In this document: positions 58,184 to 64,000 of the stretch, piece after piece
How the letters are laid out: every line of letters starts with the position of its first letter
Numbering within the stretch: position 1 is the stretch's first letter
Source of the DNA: a virus
Strand: one strand, 5' to 3'
DNA length: 64,000 bases
Virus record (IMG/VR): IMGVR_UViG_3300042865_000182
Location: 32,001-96,000 of that record
Made by a program: the position numbers and the translations under genes
The notes under the pieces: generated by a model
Databases searched by the model: none
Seen by the model: only the letters and a program-made list of their open reading frames with translations
What the model was told of the DNA's origin: nothing

Positions 58184-59501
58184 CTTTAGTTTGTGTTGTT
58201 TGATTATTATCTGTCTCTTCTTCAGGTTCCGGGCTTTCCTCTTCTAACTCTATTAACTCTGACTTGAGTTCATTTCTAACAATATTAGTAAATGCATCTT
58301 CTATGTCTTCATCAGTAAGTTCTTCTTCCTGTGCAGCATCATTGCACACATGAGTTGGTCCCACTAAATCATCAAGGTTTCCATGTAGTTCAGGAAAAGT
58401 TTCTAATTCCTCTTCTGGAGTATTAACAACTTCTGGTTGATAATCTTCAAGCACCTTGTAATTATAATTAGTATTTAATAAAGCTAGTGTGTCTTCATTA
58501 ACAGTAATTGTTTTTACTCTGAAGTACTGATTATTACCACCTCTTTCTATTTCAGTGTAGTATCTAGACATTAAAATATTAAGCATATCTACAGTAAGCA
58601 CACCTTTATTAGTTAAGCTATGCATGATATCATTCATATTAGTGCTCATACTACTTTCTTTGTCAAGATAACTTAGTAAACCCTTGAAATTCACATGTTT
58701 TTTTGTAGGAGAATTATACATAGTACTACTAAACTCCTTGAATAATATCTCTAAATACAAGAGACTTTCTTTATAGTTTGAGTTTGCCATAATCTCCATA
58801 GCTAAGATATGATTATCTGAATCTGAACTCTTAAACATATCAGCTATTTGGTCATACATAGCTGCATCAATAGTTACAGCATCTTCACCATTTACATGTA
58901 CTAGTAAAGCATCCTCACTCCATATCTCTTTATCTATCATATTTTTAAAGTCCTCTTCATGGTCTGAATCAACACTATAAACATAAATGTTATCAGTATC
59001 CTCACATAGGCTAGTATCTTTCATTGCCTCATAAAGTGGGTGATCTGAATCACAGTTCCATCTGAGTAAACTAATTAAGTTTTTCTGAAGAATAATGTGT
59101 TCTAAATCATAAAACTCAAAAGCTTGTTTAACTTTTTCCATGTAATATTCATCTACATGGTCTTTTACAAGCTCCATAAAATCAAGAAAGTCCTTTGTTT
59201 TAGCAATGTATTCATATGACCTGTTTACCATTCTTGGATAGGATGAATTACCACCAAATATATGTGTAGCATCTTCTATATTTCTTACATTTCTTACACC
59301 ATGTTTTAAAGCCATGTCTTTCAACTTTATTCTTGGAATGTTAACACCCGGCAAGAAATAAAATTTATCTCCCTTTGTAGGAGTGTAATCTTCATTTTTA
59401 TAATTAAACACAGGCTCTTTTATACTAGCTACTTTTGTATCTATATAAACCATAACATCATTACCTGAAAAGTCAATGTTTACTTTTAAATATAATTTCA
59501 T
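58161..59501 (-). CDS. Hypothetical protein with a BRCT-like N-terminal segment, an SxDxDNH motif and an acidic tail
   Basis: 'FYFLPG..PRIKLKDM..KHGV....EDATHIF' fits the BRCT pattern; ends DDDFEWF. Confidence 0.55.
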   Translation of the reverse strand: MKLYLKVNIDFSGNDVMVYIDTKVASIKEPVFNYKNEDYTPTKGDKFYFLPGVNIPRIKLKDMALKHGVRNVRNIEDATHIFGGNSSYPRMVNRSYEYIAKTKDFLDFMELVKDHVDEYYMEKVKQAFEFYDLEHIILQKNLISLLRWNCDSDHPLYEAMKDTSLCEDTDNIYVYSVDSDHEEDFKNMIDKEIWSEDALLVHVNGEDAVTIDAAMYDQIADMFKSSDSDNHILAMEIMANSNYKESLLYLEILFKEFSSTMYNSPTKKHVNFKGLLSYLDKESSMSTNMNDIMHSLTNKGVLTVDMLNILMSRYYTEIERGGNNQYFRVKTITVNEDTLALLNTNYNYKVLEDYQPEVVNTPEEELETFPELHGNLDDLVGPTHVCNDAAQEEELTDEDIEDAFTNIVRNELKSELIELEEESPEPEEETDNNQTTQTKDDDFEWF

Positions 59502-59512
59502 AATTAAATATT

Positions 59513-59537
59513 AAAAAGGGGAGAATCACCTCCCCTT
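59513..59537 (-). terminator. Rho-independent terminator
   Basis: Minus strand AAGGGGAG-gtgatt-CTCCCCTT followed by TTT. Confidence 0.8.
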
Positions 59538-59594
59538 ATGTTTGTTTTAATTTATTTTATGCTCCTTTTGGTGGGGAACAGCTTGATGTTTGCT

Positions 59595-60782
59595 TTACTT
59601 GACAGCCATCTTCACCACGTCCTGATTCATCATGAGCTGACTGAATCGGACTTTGTTACCATTAACAATCTCTTTGACCATATAATATCTAAGATCATCA
59701 GTGAATGCTTCACAGTCTGTAGTAAGTTTAGCTATCCTGTCAATAATTGGTTTACTGATTGAACCTTTGTCAGCTAAAGCAAGTGAATAGTTAATCACCC
59801 TAGTTGCAATAACACTAGAGATATCAGCACGGAACTCATCATCCTTACCAACTGCATTAGTAAGAGAGTTCATAACATACTGCTCATCTTTAGTCAAGAT
59901 ATCTTCAGGACTGATTATTCTATCTAGTTTGTTATTGATGAACATAGTAAACATAGAACTAAAGTCCACACCAACAGAACCTTCACCAATCATTTGAATT
60001 AAAGGCAAGTTATCCTCAAACTTAGGTATAGAACTGATAGAGTCAAAGAACTTAGTAATAATCCTAGCATTTACATCTTTAGTAACTACTTCTGGATGCA
60101 TCAGCATGAAGTTGATTGCACGACCATCTACTCCATCTTTTTCTGCCCATTGAGCCCATACATCAACATCAAATTTAAAATCAACAGAAATATATCTAGT
60201 CTTTTGAGCTAAATCCTGACTAGTCACCATATACTCACCATCATCTGGATTCTGAGATAATACAATTGTCCAATTCTTAGGTAACTTCCAAGAAATATAC
60301 TCTTGTCTATCTAATAATTCCATACAAGCTTGGGTAAATCTAGTATCTGCCCGGTTAAAATCATCAACTAATAAAATACCACCCTCACCTTTGCCTTGAA
60401 TCCATTCAGGAGCAGCATAAGCCATTCTTTTACCAACAATCTTATATCCCTTTTTTATTGCAGAATCAATTTGTTGTTCAACAATCCAAGTAGTTTTACC
60501 TTCTGCATTTGCAATTTGAAATTCTTTCACTGGAAAACCAACAATATCTCCAATTTCTTCAACCTGAGCAAGATTAATTTTAACTAATTGTAAACCAAGC
60601 TCCTGAGCTAGTTCAATTATACTAGAAGTCTTACCAGTACCAGCTTCACCAGTTACACTAACAGCTACAGGTACTTTACCTTTGCCTTGGATAAATTTAT
60701 TATTTTTAATAATGTGAGTTAAAAACTCTTTCAACTCTCTAGAATTTAGTTGCACATTTGCATTTTGCATTTTCTTTGACAT
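59595..60782 (-). CDS. MoxR-like AAA+ ATPase
   Basis: Walker A GEAGTGKT, Walker B LLVDDFNRA, sensor 'SQNP'; adjacent to a VWA gene. Confidence 0.85.
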   Translation of the reverse strand: MSKKMQNANVQLNSRELKEFLTHIIKNNKFIQGKGKVPVAVSVTGEAGTGKTSSIIELAQELGLQLVKINLAQVEEIGDIVGFPVKEFQIANAEGKTTWIVEQQIDSAIKKGYKIVGKRMAYAAPEWIQGKGEGGILLVDDFNRADTRFTQACMELLDRQEYISWKLPKNWTIVLSQNPDDGEYMVTSQDLAQKTRYISVDFKFDVDVWAQWAEKDGVDGRAINFMLMHPEVVTKDVNARIITKFFDSISSIPKFEDNLPLIQMIGEGSVGVDFSSMFTMFINNKLDRIISPEDILTKDEQYVMNSLTNAVGKDDEFRADISSVIATRVINYSLALADKGSISKPIIDRIAKLTTDCEAFTDDLRYYMVKEIVNGNKVRFSQLMMNQDVVKMAVK

Positions 60783-60794
60783 AATTTTGTTTTT

Positions 60795-61979
60795 TTAAAG
60801 TTCAAGTTTTATCACCTTACCAGGAAGGTTTCTATTCATATATGATCTTTCTGACAAAACCCAAAGAGTATTACCTCTAGGTTTTACATCTACAGTACAT
60901 TCACCATCAGTAAAATATACCAAGCTAGTGTACTTTTTCATGTTTGCATTAAAATATTCTATAACAGGGTTAAATTCCGTGCCCCCACGGCCTTGTACAG
61001 TCATCTCAAATTTACCCTTATAAGATTCTATAGATCTTATTACAGTATCACACTGTATAATAGTTATCTCTACACCATTTTTATAAATATGATATATCTC
61101 ATTCATAAATTCTTGTAACTCATCATCACTAACAGATCCAGATGTATCTATAGCAAGTAACATGTGTTGTCTCATCTTTACTTTAAGACCAGGACTATCA
61201 GGAAACTTTCTGTTTTCTTTTCTCCGGATTTTCTTAGTAAATACCTTAGTACTTACACCAGTAAATCTCCGGATAAACCCTTTCCAGTCAAATTTAGGAG
61301 GTACTATTTCTTCTACAATAATTACCCCCTCAATCTCTCCAGGAACAGTACCTCTTTTCTTTTCAGTTTGTTCCTTAGCATCACCAAGAACCTTTTGTAA
61401 TTGTTTATCAATTAACTTCTGTTCTGCCTCAGTCATGTCTTCAAACTCTTCCCAGGTAGCATGTTCATCAAGTTCACCATTTGCCATAGCATCTAGTAAC
61501 TCATCCATAGGTTCATTACCACAAGTACCATTCTTTTCTTTCTCATCTTGAAGATCTTTCAGTTTGTCATAATAATATCTACAACCAGCTTTTCTATCAA
61601 GATTAAGATCAGCATAATTATCTATATCAATACCACCTTCAGGTAGCCATTCCTTAGATATATACTGATTGATTTCCATATCCATTGCAACATTTGCAAG
61701 TTTCTTATCACTAAACTTAAAGAAAGTAGTAAGATGTCCAAATGCAATATGTAGCAATTCATGTTTAAGTAAACCAAGTCTGTGGTTATCACTAAGAGAT
61801 TCCCAGAACTCAGGATTAACAGTAAGCTGATAATTAATATTATTCTTGCTTACACCTGCAGTTGGAACTCTTCTAGCATCCCAGACTTTGTTTAGAGCAA
61901 TAAGAAAGAACCCATAAAAGGGCTCTTTCAGCATTAACTCTTTTGCAATTTTACTAAGACTTTGTTGTCTGTCCATCAT
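60795..61979 (-). CDS. DUF2201-type metallopeptidase (HExxH) fused to a VWA domain
   Basis: HELLH; 'NVAMDMEIN'; MIDAS DTSGS, GGT, FTDG. Confidence 0.85.
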   Translation of the reverse strand: MMDRQQSLSKIAKELMLKEPFYGFFLIALNKVWDARRVPTAGVSKNNINYQLTVNPEFWESLSDNHRLGLLKHELLHIAFGHLTTFFKFSDKKLANVAMDMEINQYISKEWLPEGGIDIDNYADLNLDRKAGCRYYYDKLKDLQDEKEKNGTCGNEPMDELLDAMANGELDEHATWEEFEDMTEAEQKLIDKQLQKVLGDAKEQTEKKRGTVPGEIEGVIIVEEIVPPKFDWKGFIRRFTGVSTKVFTKKIRRKENRKFPDSPGLKVKMRQHMLLAIDTSGSVSDDELQEFMNEIYHIYKNGVEITIIQCDTVIRSIESYKGKFEMTVQGRGGTEFNPVIEYFNANMKKYTSLVYFTDGECTVDVKPRGNTLWVLSERSYMNRNLPGKVIKLEL

Positions 61980-62373
61980 CTCTAAATTTAATATCTATTT
62001 CAAATTTGTCTGTAGGATAACCAATGGACTCTAACATCCTTGACATATCTCTAATAAAGAATTCCATAAATAGCTCAACCGAAGCTTTAGAACCTTTGTG
62101 TTTTGTAATCAGACTTAAAGTCTTAGGACTACTAAGTGGTACTTCACTTACAAATGTATTTTGGAGTCTCATTGCTATTTTATTACAATTTGCTAACCAA
62201 TTATCCATAGCATGTCCACCATACTTATAGAGAACTAATAGTTCTCCTATATACTTCTCAAAATCAACATTCTTTAGAGACTCAAATGCTATAAGATGGT
62301 TATCTGCATCCTCAGATTGCAACATCATAAGCAAGTTTCTTGTCTCTTCTTTACTAAAAATCATCTTTGCCAT
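61954..62373 (-). CDS. Hypothetical protein with an SxDxDNH motif
   Basis: 139 aa; MLQSEDADNHLIAFE shared with 58161..59501. Confidence 0.7.
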   Translation of the reverse strand: MAKMIFSKEETRNLLMMLQSEDADNHLIAFESLKNVDFEKYIGELLVLYKYGGHAMDNWLANCNKIAMRLQNTFVSEVPLSSPKTLSLITKHKGSKASVELFMEFFIRDMSRMLESIGYPTDKFEIDIKFRDDGQTTKS

Positions 62374-62546
62374 CAGTCTTCTTTTTTATCATTTGTAATT
62401 TCTGCATATTTAACAACAGCTTTTCTTAAAACAGCAATTAATTCCTCTTTATTTGGTCTAGTAACTGATCCAACTACTCCTATTGAATATGCTACTTCTA
62501 TTGCATCTAAATGTTCTTTAAGAGTAAATACTTTTGGCTCTTTCAT
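62373..62546 (-). CDS. Small hypothetical protein (57 aa; not in the ORF track)
   Basis: MKEPKVFTLKEHLDAIEVAYS...TNDKKED; TGATG overlaps at both ends. Confidence 0.7.
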   Translation of the reverse strand: MKEPKVFTLKEHLDAIEVAYSIGVVGSVTRPNKEELIAVLRKAVVKYAEITNDKKED

Positions 62547-62893
62547 CAGTCTTCAATTTTTAAAGTTTTTATTGCCCATTTTTCAGGCTTACCAGACTCA
62601 ATCATAGTAACCCATTCTTTTGCACTTGGAATATATCCATTGCAGTCTTCTTTTACATGTTGTTCTGCAACATATCTTGTATATACAGTCTTGCCATCTG
62701 AGTTAATAAAACTTTTTCCAAACACTCTTTCACACTCAAATATACCTTCTGAATGATGTCTAAACATTCTGTGCATACTATGACCTACCCAAGCCTTAGT
62801 TTCATCTAGCCACTCATGAATAGCTTGATAATCAGATACTTGACCTTTCCATTTTCTAACAGATGTTTTACAATGTTCTAAAGGATGTGCCAT
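62546..62893 (-). CDS. His-rich conserved protein (DUF6915-like)
   Basis: 'MAHPLEH..S.RKW.G...DY..IHEWLD..K....HR..RHH.EG...AEQHVKED' pattern. Confidence 0.6.
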   Translation of the reverse strand: MAHPLEHCKTSVRKWKGQVSDYQAIHEWLDETKAWVGHSMHRMFRHHSEGIFECERVFGKSFINSDGKTVYTRYVAEQHVKEDCNGYIPSAKEWVTMIESGKPEKWAIKTLKIED

Positions 62894-63078
62894 TACTTCT
62901 TTTTTAAGTGTTCCATAACTCTTTCCCAGTAAGTTCTGTTTTTCATTAGACCATCTCTAAATGGTGCCAATGCATGGGTTGCTGCTGCAGATTTTAATGC
63001 TTCTTCTTTAGCTTTTTCAACACCATGTAGTTTTACTGCATAATCATATAACTCTTTAGCTTTATCTTTTTCTGTCAT
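62893..63078 (-). CDS. Hypothetical protein (61 aa)
   Basis: ORF with stop/start overlaps on both sides. Confidence 0.7.
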   Translation of the reverse strand: MTEKDKAKELYDYAVKLHGVEKAKEEALKSAAATHALAPFRDGLMKNRTYWERVMEHLKKK

Positions 63079-63482
63079 TCTTCTTCTGCTTTATCTAGAA
63101 TACTACCATCGTGAAAATAACTCTCATGGTCAGTAATTCTAATATTATTATTAATAATATATTTACCTGAAGGAACACAGATACATAAATCTCCCCAACC
63201 ACCTTCATTATTCCACCAATCTTCTATATCATCAAGAAGTTTGTTTTCTGCAAATGTTTCAAGCTCCATAAAAAGATCATGATCAATATTTAATAACTTT
63301 GAATCATCTTCCCAATCTTCTATATTATCATTTACATCTTCTGGAGTTTCACAAGGTTTTTTTGTATAACCTATCCATTCTATGGCACCGGAGTCTCCTC
63401 CACCATCATATTTTACTTTAACACCTGTAATACCAAAATCAGCCAACCTAAATAGGAGGCTTGTTAATTCTACTTCTGTCAT
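63075..63482 (-). CDS. Acidic conserved protein (DUF6878-like)
   Basis: 'VKVKYDGGGDSGAIE...DWWNNEGGWG' pattern. Confidence 0.55.
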   Translation of the reverse strand: MTEVELTSLLFRLADFGITGVKVKYDGGGDSGAIEWIGYTKKPCETPEDVNDNIEDWEDDSKLLNIDHDLFMELETFAENKLLDDIEDWWNNEGGWGDLCICVPSGKYIINNNIRITDHESYFHDGSILDKAEEE

Positions 63483-63489
63483 AATTATT

Positions 63490-63915
63490 TTATTTTATCT
63501 TAAAGAAGCGGCCCAGTATATTACCATTCAAATACTCATCTTTTTCAAGAACCTCTCTCAAAAACTGATACTTAGTTTCAAAATATGTGAGTTCCATCTT
63601 GGAAAAACATATCTTGACCATATACCTTTTGATTGGTACACCAGCTTTGTGAGCTTCTTTAAGAACTGTATTACTACTATAGTAATTCTGATAACTAGCC
63701 TTAGAAACAGTCTCATATTTCTTGTTTCTTTTATCTGTCATCTGAGCAACAGCTCTTTTACCAAACTTCTTTTTTGTAGTAGAATAAAAATTCTTCTTAC
63801 CTACATACCTTACAGACTTACCATCAATAATGGCTTCCATCTCATACACAAATCCTACAGCTCCTTCAGGAATCATACTGTTAGTAAAGTCTTTACCTTG
63901 ATATATCCAACTCAT
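63490..63915 (-). CDS. GIY-YIG-like nuclease-fold protein (likely start 63915 rather than 63942)
   Basis: 'GFVYEM...RYVGKK...YYSS...YFE...YLNGNI'; ATG 63915 overlaps the upstream TGA (ATGA). Confidence 0.55.
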   Translation of the reverse strand: MSWIYQGKDFTNSMIPEGAVGFVYEMEAIIDGKSVRYVGKKNFYSTTKKKFGKRAVAQMTDKRNKKYETVSKASYQNYYSSNTVLKEAHKAGVPIKRYMVKICFSKMELTYFETKYQFLREVLEKDEYLNGNILGRFFKIK

Positions 63916-64000
63916 TTGTGTCTGTATCTTTTCATGTCCCAATCTGCTACAGTGTTTACCATAGTAGCTAATATATTTGTTGCTTCTTGCATAGATCTTG
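63912..64000 (-). CDS. C-terminal fragment of a gene entering from the window edge
   Basis: Open frame ...RSMQEATNILATMVNTVADWDMKRYRHK* whose stop overlaps the next start. Confidence 0.55.
   Translation of the reverse strand, partial: RSMQEATNILATMVNTVADWDMKRYRHK

Noticed and set aside
56142-59584. Invertible DNA segment bounded by the 12-nt inverted repeats
   Set aside because: No recombinase in the window and all enclosed genes are co-oriented with their flanks; RNA pairing or protein binding is more economical.
55164-62756. Nested or opposite-strand short ORFs in the - strand arm (55164, 55752, 56524, 59538, 60396, 61162, 61164, 62024, 62296, 62511)
   Set aside because: They overlap well-supported genes or terminators.
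1-64000. Stop-codon reassignment (TAG/TGA), known in some crAss-like phages
   Set aside because: Coding density is near complete under the standard code with ORFs up to 10 kb; TGA (7706, 22469, 43837) and TAG (57170) act as real stops with tight gene junctions.
1-64000. CRISPR array, tRNA/rRNA, integrase, transposase, DGR reverse transcriptase, introns/inteins
   Set aside because: No regularly spaced repeats, no intergenic room or cloverleaf seen, and no such motifs in the ORFs; DNA polymerase and RNAP are uninterrupted.

Overview
AT-rich segment of a crAss-like (Crassvirales-related) phage genome. The host is probably Bacteroidota: leaders are A-rich and lack Shine-Dalgarno sites, and TAnnTTTG promoter elements are present. 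It uses the standard genetic code. The + strand (1-52.3 kb) is the virion module: very Cys-rich capsid-associated and fibre proteins, an IHF/HU-like gene, tail ring proteins, a 1797-aa tail stabilisation/muzzle protein, three low-complexity cargo proteins punctuated by xxGG motifs, and four giant ejection proteins, one of which is a single-chain virion RNA polymerase (DFDVD). The - strand (52.3-64 kb) carries a MazG-like NTP pyrophosphatase, a DUF932-like protein, a family B DNA polymerase with a C-terminal QLSLF clamp motif, a PD-(D/E)XK exonuclease, a MoxR AAA+/VWA-metallopeptidase module and small hypotheticals. Main observation: by manual count the four giant proteins (about 9,870 aa) contain only four cysteines, all at the ends that face each other in gene order, which suggests a head-to-tail disulfide-linked ejection chain. 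Other candidates are repeat-bounded domain cassettes inside the giant proteins, GG-delimited cargo polyproteins, 3'-UTR hairpins antisense to other genes' leaders, and a shared palindrome/promoter architecture. All functional calls come from motif reading and gene order; no database searches were run.
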